NCBI GenBank assembly: GCA_036172245.1
Contig: JAYWIR010000012.1
Coordinates: 558,001 to 622,000, forward strand
Origin: Raillietiella orientalis
Lineage: Eukaryota
DNA length: 64,000 nt
Direction of reading: 5' to 3'
Under the pieces are notes generated by a model. That model did not search any database and was not told the DNA's origin. It saw only the letters and a list, made by a program, of their open reading frames with translations. Below are positions 1 to 12,200 of this stretch, in pieces (the first letter of the stretch is position 1; each line of letters starts with the position of its first letter). The position numbers and the translations under genes are program-made.

Positions 1-174
1 CGCGGGGACGATAACCTCTCCTCGTCTCGCGGCGAGCTGGACACGAGCGAGCTCTGTCCCGAGGAGCCGTGTCGATGGGTCGCGAGCCGAACTGCGCGCG
101 GAGCGCCCGAGTGGTCGCAGACGGACTCGAGGGTACCTCCGGAAGGGTTGGGAAGAACTCAAAATTCTGCTCAC

Positions 175-268
175 CGAATGTCTCGTTCCAGTGGAGAGAG
201 ATGACGAAGAGGGGTGCGATCAGGAAGAACTGCATCTCGGTTGCCAGGTACCAGGATTGGGGCATGCA
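175..268 (-). CDS. NRF-6-like exon 9 (CMPQSWYLATEMQFFLIAPLFV...)
   Basis: Acceptor GTGTTTCAG, donor G|GTGAGC; WYL..[DE]MQ motif of acyltransferase-3 proteins. Confidence 0.9.
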
Positions 269-3200
269 CTGAAACACCAAGGAAAAAAAATTATCTGGGG
301 GTGAAACACGGCGCGAGACGGCATTGAGGTTCCCACGGCGCTGCTGCGAGGTTCGAAGGCTTTCGCAAGGGAAGGGGCACCGCTACGTGGAAACGGCGTC
401 CCATTCTCAACGACCCAGGAACTCCCGGAGTCATGGATAAGGAGCGTGAAACCGAGAACACCGAAAAGGGAAGGGAGCGAGGCGAAGGACGCCTGCTGTC
501 GGATTGCCTCTTCTTGTCCCGGGTCTCCCGTCTCACCTCCGCGTCATCTCTGCCCGTTGGGAGGGATGCGGCGGAGACGGGAAAGCTATGGGATGAAGGA
601 ATGACCGACGTCCGACAAGGCTTTCGTCCGTCTCGGGGGCCAGTGGAAGAGGCGGTCAGCCATCGCCGCGCGCTTGGCATGAACAGAGAGTGGGTCCCTG
701 CCTTCGACAGGAGCTTCCTGTCCCGGCTTCTTGCAGGGCTGCGGCCAGAGCCGAAGCGAATGAGACGAATAAGAAAGCTGGAAGGGAAGCAGTAAAACAG
801 GAAGGAACCCTAAAGGGGAGAGGGAATCGATAAGCTATTTAAGGCTGTCTACGAGGCTGTCAACTCTTCAAGTTAGAATGAATCCAGGAAGACTGTGGAC
901 GAAGGAGTCCGTTCCTTTTACAGTTGCCTGGGAACCCCCAAGGGAATACTAGCCCTTGTTCCTGGAGGAGTTCACTCCTAGTTTCTTTACCGAAGGAAAC
1001 TCATAAAGGATCCGCTCCAGGGATTTCTTCTCTGGAGGGACCCCCTGAGGGAATAATGGCTTCCGAATAAGGGCTTCCGAATTCCTCTGGAGGGCGTTCC
1101 CCGAAGGGAGTAATGTGCTTCTTGCACTCTGCAGAGTCAACCCCCGAGGGGAGATGTCGACCATCTCCACAGGAACCCGACGGCTTCCTTTTCGCAGCTG
1201 GAGGAAAACTCGGAAGGGATCCTTGATGTCCTAGAAGTGGACCCTCGAGGGTCCGCTCAACAAGGGCATCCGGTTTTCTTCTTTCAACATCAGTGCCGCA
1301 CCCGAATAGGCCAACCAGTGCCATCTGCCGGGGGGACTCGAAACCCATGACGCAACCCCTGTTCTCGGAGTCGACCCTTCCCTCTGCGGTGAGGATTCGA
1401 ACCCGCGATTCCCGGCGCTACGCGCGGAAAGACCGCAGCTACGAGGCCGTCAGCGCGGGTCGTCTGTTCCTGACGTCACCCCCATGTGGTTTAACCGGGA
1501 AGCTCCCTTCCGCTCTTTTCGCGCCAACCGAGTTCCAACCCGATTGGCAACCTCAAGTCCCTGCTCTCTGCAGTCCCCATCCATGCAGTCGCGGGATTTC
1601 TGACGGAAATCTTCCCAAGAGAAAGCGGGTGACGGATGAGCCATCGAGAGTTCACCAAAAGAAGAACGACATGGGAATGCTCAAGGAAGCTCTACAGGAC
1701 TGATGATGAACCATCCAAAGTTGACGCCGTCCCGCAGATGCAGCGGGCTGAGAGGAGGCGTTTCGGACAGTAAGCACGTCGGTCCATAGCGTACCATGAA
1801 GTTGGTCGCTCCCGAAAGCCTCCCCCTCCAGAGCTTCAGAAGCGCGCTGCTCTTCACTGGGTTCTCTCTCCAGGGGAGGAAACGAGGAGCGAATTCTTTC
1901 CTGGTTCCCTTTGGAGAAGAAATGGGAAGTGTCTCTCCCCTCCAGAGGGAGGTGGAACTATGATGGGAACTCTCTCCAGAGGGACCCCCGGTCCCTCAAA
2001 AAAGGACGAGGAAGACGTTCACCCATCCCAAGAGCAAGAAGAGCGGACTGCTTCTTCCGTAGCCTTCCTGGGTTCGTGGGGGGGTCCCTACGGGGTCGGC
2101 CCATAACTCGAAGAGCTAGGCCCACCCTCAAGTGACGTGGACGGTACGAAAGAGAGGTTTGTAAGCCTCCCCTAAGGAGAACACGGTTCTTTAGCATCCA
2201 GCGAACCAAAGCACACACTGGGGTGACGTCACAAGAGTCCCCGGTTCGAGTGTACCAAAGCGGAGAAGAATGAAAAGCCGGCAGGGATAGCAGATAAGGG
2301 GGAGGGGGTGGGAGGTGCAAGATCCGTCGGCAAGGGCGTTTGCTTGAGTGCCACCGTGATCCACTCCTCCTGCAGGAGCAGGGTAGTGCGACTTGGTGCG
2401 TGAATACTTCGGCCGTCTTCCTTGGTCAGTGCTCGCGTCGCTCCCCGCAGAGCGGAGGACCCCACGCCGCTGGCTTTTCCCTGCTTTCCGACTTCTTCGG
2501 TCGCGGTGCTGCGTTTCAGCGAGCGGCCTGCCAACGCGCGAAAAGTCTAGCAGGCAGTCCGATCGCCACCCGCCCTTGGGAACTTTCGGGTTTCGTTTTA
2601 CCTTCAGCGGGTTGTCCTCCTTTCTCACAAAATTTTGAACGTACAGAAGCAGGATCCACCAGCTTTTCCTGCAAGGTTGCCTGTGGTCGCTGGACGCCTT
2701 GCTCTTCCACAAGGGTCCGCTGCCGAGGTGGATGTACACGGTGGCTAAGAACGCGACGTTGGCCGCCAGAAGAGGAGTCAACCTGGCGATGGACTAAACA
2801 GTTTTCCTGCGATCGGCCTGACCACACAAACCTGAGGTATCGGCAAAGGAAGGCGAACAGGATGGCCCGGAACGTGGCAGAAGACTTCTTCTTCCCCTTC
2901 GCCGCTTCGGCGCGTTCCTTACGCAGGTAATCCAGCACATAGAGGGTGAGCTGGAAGGCGTTCGCGAACAGCAGAGTGTCCATCCCGAGGTAGAAGTTCA
3001 TGAGGAACTGCATCTCGTAGCGTTGGGTGAGCTGGAAGAGGCGGCTGCTCAGGAGAGCTCTTCCCGGAACGCTTCCGGAGGGTCAGCGGCGAGCAGGGAG
3101 ACCAGAGTCACTACTCGGTTCCCCTGCTCGCTCACGAACGCGACCATCCCGAGCAAGGATGGGCGTGCTTTCCGCACCCGACTTCCGGCACCATCTCTGC

Positions 3201-6200
3201 GAATCGCCGAGGGACTGCGCCGATCCTTCCGACTAAATGAAACGCTTCCACTCTCGTCAGTGCTCTCTGCCGGCTGCGTGATGCAGCACCAGAAACGAAA
3301 CAAGCAGCCGCTGCAGAGTCGCGACTTGAATTTTCGAACGCTCCCAAATAATGAACACGAATACATATGTCTGATTATAAATAATAAGCATGTACACTGT
3401 TTTTTTTTCTTAATGACTGTCCGCAACTTTGACGGGCGCCAATTCGATCACGCCCTTTCCCTGGAACCGCAGAGCCACGGTGGCAGGTTGATGGATTTTG
3501 TGTACCGCCCTACATGACAGTGGGTCCGTCCCAGCTTCTATGGAAAGTATCACGTGGCAAACGTTGGATGAGTGGGGAGTCCCCCGGGAAATCGACCGTG
3601 CTGTTGCCCTTCTCTGAGGTCTCGCTGACGGGCGGTTCACCTCGGTTTGGGACCGAGGACGTCTCTCCGCGATCGGTCTCCAAGAGACAAGATAATGGGA
3701 GATGTGGAGAAGGCTCCTCGTTCTGGGAAGGCTTTGTGACATCTACAAGGTGTCACGGCATGTGCTACGACCGTGATGTGACGTCTGCAAGAGGTGTCAC
3801 ATGCTCGTCGTGACTTGATGCGACGATGCACTGTAACCTTTCAGGCCACGCGATGCATCCATGAAACCCATCCGAGCAGTTGGAGAGGTTAGTGAATCCG
3901 CAGGCGATTTCCTCCTCATAAACTGCAAAGAAATCCAAATGCAAGGCATAACAAATACAAATGCAAGCTGGAATAACTCCATAGTAGAAAACGAACTGGT
4001 CAGAGCATCCGCCTTGACAACTATGCTTTTCTATAAATACAACACACACACACACATACAAGAACTGCAGAAATGAACGAAAAGTTCTATCTGCTCCCAT
4101 CTTCAACTCTTTGAGTGCTATGGACTCACATATCCTCCCAGCAAATGCCTTTATCTTGTACACGCGACATCAGCTAACACTATTTATGCATGAGATGGAC
4201 TCATCCGCTTACGTTGTTATAATTAGTTTCCTTAGCAACGGCAGTAAACAAAATTCTATTTATATATCGGCTAATGATTCTCGTTTTTTCTCGGTGTCGT
4301 ATACAGAATTTATTATACTGTTTTTCATCTTTGTGATACCTTAAAAATGTGAATGAATTATCGAGTTATTCGAATTATAGTGATAATTTTTGAACGAATA
4401 ATATATGTTTGGTAAAAATTGAAATATTTTGTTTAATGTGGCGTAAATAAACAATTACAATAGTAACTTTAATCAGTACTTTCTGTAGTCAGTTGGTACC
4501 TCGATGGAGCACGCGGTACGCGGAAAAGCGTTCCGTCCACAGAGGTCGCCACTGCGACTCGCGTGCCCTCAGCACAGAACGTTTCAATCTGATGAGCTCC
4601 GCACCCAAAGGATTCATCTGCAGAATCTCCTGTCCATTTGTAATGCGTGAAAATAACTTATGCTTCGCAGGCAATACAGTAAAACACGTCTTGGCGCATA
4701 TGCTATACATGGATGAGGGATGGAAAGTCCATTACCCATAATGACGACGCAATTTTATTTAAACACGATCGGGAAGGACTTTCTAGGGTCAAAGGGAGAC
4801 ATTATCCACGTCGTGTGAAGTGCGTTCCTCCTCGGCCCGACATGTTGAGAACGCCGCGGGGACTCAAAGCGCTGAATCCTACCGAATACACATACAATAC
4901 TCAATTTTCGTACAGAAGATCCCCTGGAAACGTGAATCCGCCTGCAAGCAACCTCATCCCCGAAGTAGGTCTTTCGGCAATACCCTTCGATTTCGATGAC
5001 GCAAGACGGACCCGCTCATCTGTGTTCGTGTTTTTTCACAGAGATGGTGGACATCGACGAACGGATTCAACGAACCGCCAAACAGTTGCCGAAAGCAGAC
5101 ACCAAAGCTACGTGGGATACCCACATGCCTTCTTACTTTCTTCTTCTCTTGCGGTCCGACTAGGATCTCTCAGGAAGATTTCTTACCAGATGATCCTCTG
5201 TTGCAAACGCACCTCCACGGTGAAAATGGGGACTTCAGCAGTTCGATATGGGGCCAGCGAATCACCAAATGAGCCTCTGTCCACGGGGCCACGGAGTAGC
5301 TGCTCGCCTGTCACGAGTCTTTCCGCGAGTCACCACCTCTTCGCGCTGCAGACAAACGAGTCGATTCCAAAATGAGGCTCGTGCTTCCCATGTCCCCCAG
5401 GAACGCCTATCACAGTGGTGGTGATGCCACTGTGTTGATCTGGGAAGCAATGGCAGTGAACGGAGAGCGCACTTCTCGAAGAATCCTCGAGTCATCAATA
5501 GTTAATGATTCATGGGGGGTCTGCTAACCATGAGCAGGACGGTCTTTCGCTCTGGTGTTGGTACTGGGGTCTTCGTAGTAAGCTCTGAGCACGCCGTATA
5601 AAAACGCACGTGGTTGTGACGTTAGCAACGTCGTGAAGTCACGAGTCTTCCGTTCCTCCACCTCGCCGCCTCACCGGCGCTGCTTGGATCTGTCAAGGAT
5701 GACGCAATCCTGTCTTCACCGTGCTTTCCGATTTCAGGGTCGATTGTGCTTCGTCCGAGACTGTGGGAACCAGGTTACCTTTCCTCCGAATATTCGTCGA
5801 GGTCATCGCTGACTCCGCCGCACCTCTTCCGGGATTCCCTTAGGGAAAGCCACGGTTCCCTGCCCCGGAGCGCGTCCATATGTTCCCGTGGGTTGCCGAA
5901 GATCGTCCCGACACGGAGGGCACGTTCCCTCCCCCCCCCCCGGTTGCCTCGTTCGTTCGACTTCCAGAGGCCTCTCTGCACTTCGGTTCGATCCCTCTTG
6001 CTCCTCGCCGCCCTCTTGGGCCTCCTGGAGTTTCGGGAAACTGTGAGGCAGCCCGAGAGAGACTCGCCCAGGCGCGCCAAGGACGTGCATGCCGCATGTG
6101 CGACCCTTGCATTTAAGGGAGCGGCGGTACTCACTGAGCCATTCCCTCGCCTGAGGCTCCTGCGACCTCAGAAACGTCCCGCATCGTAGTAGGCTGCAGG

Positions 6201-9200
6201 TCCCTCCTCTCTTCGCGCCGACACGCGGGGGCATCGGAAAAAAAGTCTTCTTCGCGGGTTTCAACAGGTCATTCCGTCGCTGGCCCTCTCAGAATGCGGG
6301 CGGCGGTTCCCCCCCCCGGTTCGGAAGCCTCAAGCATTCTCGGTGACCTCAGCTTTCCAGAGTCTGCACCGCTGTCCACCTGCGGGCTGGGTCATTCCGC
6401 TGCCCTCGGCGAGTGCACTCTTGCTCGATGTAGAACACCTGAGACTTCCAGCCCTGTCCTTCCGCTCCGGATACCTCTTCCCTTCTTTCCCGATTCCTGG
6501 GGAAGAGGGGGAGGGACGGTTCGAAATCGCTTCCCGGGGAGGGAGGAAGGGTACCCGCTCTTCCCTCGAGGTCCCCTTGGCGCATCCTCAGCTGGAAGAA
6601 GTTCCTGTGCATTGGGCGCAGCACCACGTGCGCCCGCGTAGCCGGCCGGTTGCGTCATTCCCTCGCCCTTATCGACGGAGGCGGCGGCTTCGTTATCACC
6701 GGGGGCAATGCGCCGCAAAGTCCTCGCGCCCCGACCGCAAGCGTCTTCTGCGCTCGCGGCAGATGCCGCGCAGGCTCACGCCGAGACCCCGGGGGAGGCC
6801 AACCAGAGGGATGGGGGAAATCCTGTGGAGTCCCCCCGGATTCGGCTTCGGTGGGAAGGATCACGTGGCAAATGTTGGGGCACTCCCCATCCAACGGGAT
6901 GGGCCGACCATCATCCCATAGCACAGCACGCAGAATCCGTGCGTCGCGAGGAAGCGTTTCCCGGGCAGCCCACCGCAACTCTGCGCTCCCAGGGAAACGG
7001 AACCGATCAAATCCCGATCACGAAACAGCAAACTTACGTGCTTATTATTTATATTAATGCAAGAAATTTGCGTATTTATACAATAAACATACAAGTTGAG
7101 AATACACATGTAAACCGATACACATATTTATACTCATATATATGTTTATGCATAATGTACGTATTTATTAATACAGTAATTATACATATTTATATGAATT
7201 AATAATTATACTGGTGCTTACTATTCATATTAATATACATTTTTATATTGATACAATAAATATATATATTTACATAACAAATATACAATATTAATATACA
7301 CATTTATGTATAGATTAATATATGCTATGAAGCTTAGAAAAAAATGCAAGCTTATTATGTATATTAGTATATGTATTTATCTATAGATTAGCATGCAAAT
7401 TTATTGTAAAATATTATTGATATGGTCAATAACATGTAGCAATACATTATTAACATGCACGTTTAAAGATCGCAAAATAGAGATGTGCTTATTATGTATT
7501 TATATGTATCATCACATGTTGACTGAACATACAAATATCGACTTGCAAAAACTGAATGAAAAAATGATGGTGGCAGCTGGAGAGAGTGGGGCGGGGTGGG
7601 GGTGGGGGAAGTAGGGGAGCACGCAGATGGAAAGAACTGAGGGAACGAAATAAGGGCGCGAAGCGGCCCAGCGGCGGCCTCGCTCGTTCGCTCCACGCGC
7701 CACGTCCGCACTGGACGGACGCGCCCGCCACCAGTCGGGGCGACCACCCCCAAAACACCCCCCCTCCAGCGAAGAACCGGAAGCGGACGGAGCGGAAGAG
7801 GCCGCCAGAACGCCGCTCGCAGGTCGCCTCCCCCCCCCGTGAGCGAAACCTTCAGTGGCATCCCTGCCGGCAGCGCAGCTCCGGTGGCCAGGCATGAGGC
7901 GTGGAAGACGAGCGTCGCCCGCTGCGGACTTTTGAAAGGGAAAACAGGGATAGGTGACGGGCGAGGGATGCACCCATAAATTCGATATTTACATGTTCGT
8001 TTAATGAATTTTTGTTATGTATATAAAAGTATAAGAACATACATAATAAACACATATGTTCATGGATTTTTAATACATATAGTAAGAGCATATTAATACA
8101 TGTTGTCACTTGCATCAATAATATGTTAATAAATACTGATTAATGTACATGTTAAAATGAATTTATTTGCTAATCTATACAGAAATGAGCGCATTACTGT
8201 ACATAATAAGCATATGCACATATTTTTTAATACTGTTTATAATACATATTAATGTATACGAAAAATACATATATTAATATGCACGATACATACATACATC
8301 AGCACATGATGAACACATTTTATTTTTTTTAATGATCTTTCGAAGTTTCGGCGTTCGTCATTTTGAAGCAAACCGTTTGGAGCGCTGGGGTTGCCATGGG
8401 CATCCCGCAGCTCGGAAACCTGGCTCCCTGCCCTCGACGCTGTGGGCAGGGTGCCAGGGGCGCTCCCAATCTCGGGGGAAACAGTCCAGCGCAACAGTCG
8501 GCGGAGCGAGCGTATCCTAGCAACGAGGTGGGCTTGCATCCTGCGCTGAAGGAGAGCCTCCCTCGCTTCCCGAGTGCTGATTGGCTCTCTTCCTCCCGAC
8601 GCAACTTCGCACGGCGGGGACCGCGCCCACCGCATATGTGCGAGTTCGCGGGCTGAGGTGGCGCCTGGGTCGTCAAGAGCCGTCCGCAACTCCGTGGTCG
8701 GAGCCCCTCGGGGAGTTCGACCGTTCCGCATTCGGCCTGGGTACCCGCGGCGGATCCTCCCCCCAGCCATCCCGGTCTTCGAGACGCTTCGTCCTTCCTC
8801 CCGGTAGGGAGGAAGGGGATGAGCCGGGTTCCAGGCGCTGCCGCCGCAGTGGGCCGCTGACGGACGCTCGCATCGGGAGGCGGGAGTCTGTCAGCGGGCG
8901 CCTTCCCAAGCGGTTGCGCTGGAGCGTTCCAGGGACTGAACTCGCGTTTCAGATAGGACGGTGCCAAGGAAGAAATTGCCGCGGAAACAAGTTCCTCCTC
9001 CTCACCTTCCTCCTCTCGTTCTCCCCCTCCATCATCCTTCCTCTCCCCTCCCATTCCTCCTCCTCCTCTTCTCCCTCCTCCTTTTCCTCCTCTTCCTCTT
9101 CTTTCCCATTCCTTCTCTTCCCTTCCCCCTCCTCCCCCTTCCTCCTCTTCCTCTCCCCTTTCCTCCCCATTCCTCCTCCTCCTTCTCTCCAGCCCAAACC

Positions 9201-12200
9201 ATGCCTTCTTCGCGGGAGAGGGCTCACTCGCCGTTGCTGCGTCCGACCGTTGCAAGAGAACAAAAGACAAAAGACGCTGTCTTCCTCAGCTGGAAAGGAC
9301 CTACCTTTAGAGCATCCTGTAGATTGACAAAATAAGGGCCTAACGCAGAGGTCAGTGTCTGTCCTAGAACTATCCACGCCAGACTCATGAATCTGAAAGA
9401 CAAAGAGGATGTGAACTGGAGTGGTTGCTTAGAGACGGTTTTGGTTTCTCCTGTTCTTCGACCGGTTTTTCTTTTTTTGGCTCTCAACGGGTGCTGAAGA
9501 ACCGTTAACTCCCTTATGGCTTCCCGCCACCGAAGGGTACGTGCCACTCTTCAGATCGTAGGGTGTGACCCCAGAGAAGACCACCCTATGAATCCAGGAA
9601 GGCTCCGGGGCAGGAGAGTTTGTTCCCCTCTTAATCCTGGGAGAAAAATCCCAAAGGAACCCCTCATCGTGGTTGTCTCCGAAGGCATCCTCGGAGGGAC
9701 CTCTCCCTCTCTCTCCGGAGCGACCTCCTGGTTTGTGAGGGCCGCTCCTCGTTTCCTCCTCTGAAGAGAGCGCCGAAGGGAGCAGCGCGCTTCTGACTCT
9801 CTGGAGAGGCGACCCCCGAGGAGGAGTATCAACCAGCCTCATGGGTACGAGATGGAGGGTCCCCTTGGAAGGAAGAGACAGCCCCATTTTCAGAACCGGG
9901 GGCAACTCCGGAGGGAACCGGCTCCTCGGTTTCTGGAAGGTTCCCGGAGGGCCAGTTCCCAATCCCGGCCAGTCAGCCGGCTTCCGTCAGTGCCGCACCA
10001 GAAGCCAACCGATGCCAACCAGCGTCATCTTGCGTGGGAGGATCGGACTTTTCACCACGCCGCACCCTTCCCGTTCTCGACATCGACCCTTCCCCGGGCG
10101 GGATTCGAACCAGCTACTCCCGGTGCCACGAGTGGAGAGACGGCAGCCGCACGGCCTCCAACGCGGGCCTCGACCAGCTGCAGCTGACGGACGCATCTAA
10201 AGGTCGAAAAAAGGAGTGGCAAAGCTGCTGCCACTAGTCCAAGTCATCTCTGGGAACGTGGAGGGCTGCTGGATGAGGCGCATCTTCACCTTCTCGTTCC
10301 CTTGGGATGCATTTTCTGCGGGCCGCTTGGTCAGCATCTCGGGGAAGGGCACGGGTCCTCCAACAACGAGTCCACCCGTGGCCCCCCTTCGCAGGCGGAC
10401 AAGTTCCAAGCACCACAGATGCTCCTCAAAAAGCGAAATCTAACAAATCCACGTTTTCCTCCTTGCCTCTTTCGAGATGTCTCGGCAACCCGCCTTGGTC
10501 CTCCGGGGCGATGCTTGACCGCTCACGCAAGGAAGAAAAAGTTCAAGGGGACCACTCTATTCTATCGCTTCCAGATGCTCGAAGGAATTCGCGGAAAAGC
10601 GAAACGAGAGGGAAGAGAGAAAAAAATGTTCAAGAGCATCCACGGTCCACTCTTTCGGATGCGCGCGATCGTCTCACTAGGAACCTGCGAATTCTTGCAC
10701 GGCGGACTCACGCTCTGGGGTAAAGCAGTCACCGGCGCGGTCGCCAGGGAGTCGCGGAGACTCCGGAGAAGATAGTGGCGGGTTGCTGCAGCCTCGATGA
10801 CTTGCAGACCGTTCGCCTTCTCTTCGACTCTTCTGCATGGCCTTTCTGCGGTTTCATGCACAAAGAGAACCGACTGGTGGACATCGGCCAACGCTAAGAC
10901 ATCTCAGAATTCGTCCCACCTGGAACCAAGCCTACAAGCCTCCCTTCTCCCCCTCTTTTCTTTCTTTTCCTCCTCCCTTCCTTCTCTTCCCTTCAGACCA
11001 GGTTCGCAGTCTCACGATCAGCGAAGTCGGCGCCCCGGAGGGGCGGAATGCCGATGCGCGGTCCCTACCTGATTCCGCTAATGCAGCATACTTCGTTCTT
11101 CTCCCGGGCGTCCAGGAACAGCCTTCTGTAGCTGGAGCGCAGCGAGAAGGCTCCCAAAACCTCTGCGGCACGCACGCGTTCCTGGTGGGAAGCTTCGAAA
11201 GCCTCCTTCCGGCTATCGCCGTCCGCGGGGGCGAAGAAGTCGAGTAGGGTGCTGACCAGCACGATGGCGACCAGGAGGCAGAACACAACTCTGGAATTCG
11301 GCTGCGATAGGGTGCGAGGTCGGGAAGGGGGAGAAGAAGGGGTGTGAGAGGATGGGCGTCGGGACCTACCCTGGCCGTCTGGTGCGCGTGCCGATTTGGG
11401 TCCAGCGGCAGTGTCGCTGGAAGGAGATGCGCGAAGTGTGAGAAAGCTGGCGCGACACGAAACGTTTGAGGCCCACGAAGTTCCCCCCGGGCAGCGAGCG
11501 CCCCTGGAGGGGAAAGGGCAAGGGGCGTCAGCAGGTGGCGCGGCTCTCAACGGAGAAGGTGCGTGGGTCTGAGCGCCGTAGCATCGCCGCTGCGAGTCGC
11601 TGAGGGGGTCTCAGAGCTCCCGGGAGGCGGCGGCGACCCGGGCGCATTGCCTGCTGGTAGCCCAGGGCGACACCCTGCTCAGACTTCTCGGGAGTACCTT
11701 GTCAACCGGACCATGGATTATGTGCGCGACGAGGTGCCTCAGGAATGGTGCAGTGACCTCTGGCGCGCCAGCTGGCAAGATCTCATGGAGCGGGGCCTCT
11801 GGCCGCTGGCGACGTCGGACAGCAGCGGCGGCTCGCAGCTGCGCTTCCGGCGGACGCGACTAAAGGGGCACGATTGGGACGCACCAGACGTCCTCAGCGA
11901 GAACGGAACAAGCACCGAGAGAGGGCGTGGTCTCTAAGATCTCTCCGGTGGGGTCGAAAGAAAGCTAACGGGGGCAGAGGTCAAGAGTGAAGCGGCCGGA
12001 GACCCGTCCGAGGGATGGAAGGGACTTCCACGGGGTCGGCGAGGCAGCTTCACCGGAACGCGCGAGTCTTTTCCCGGCTGGGCGGAGGGAAGGGAAAGGC
12101 TAGGCCAGGCCTGGAGAAGGATGGGATGAGGGTGGTAAGCGGGAGGAGGGCGGGGTTGGTTGGATGCTGAGGAGGAGCAGAAGGAGCAGGAAAGGGAGAA

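Noticed and set aside
2240..2256. GGTTCGAGT B-box-like word
   Set aside because: No convincing A box or tRNA cloverleaf.
5597..5603. TATAAAA box
   Set aside because: No linked gene start or second LTR copy; expected by chance.
8329..9377. Long 313-aa and 248-aa ORFs
   Set aside because: Open because of GC-rich and CCT-repeat composition; the only supported coding part nearby is exon 6 (9305-9392).
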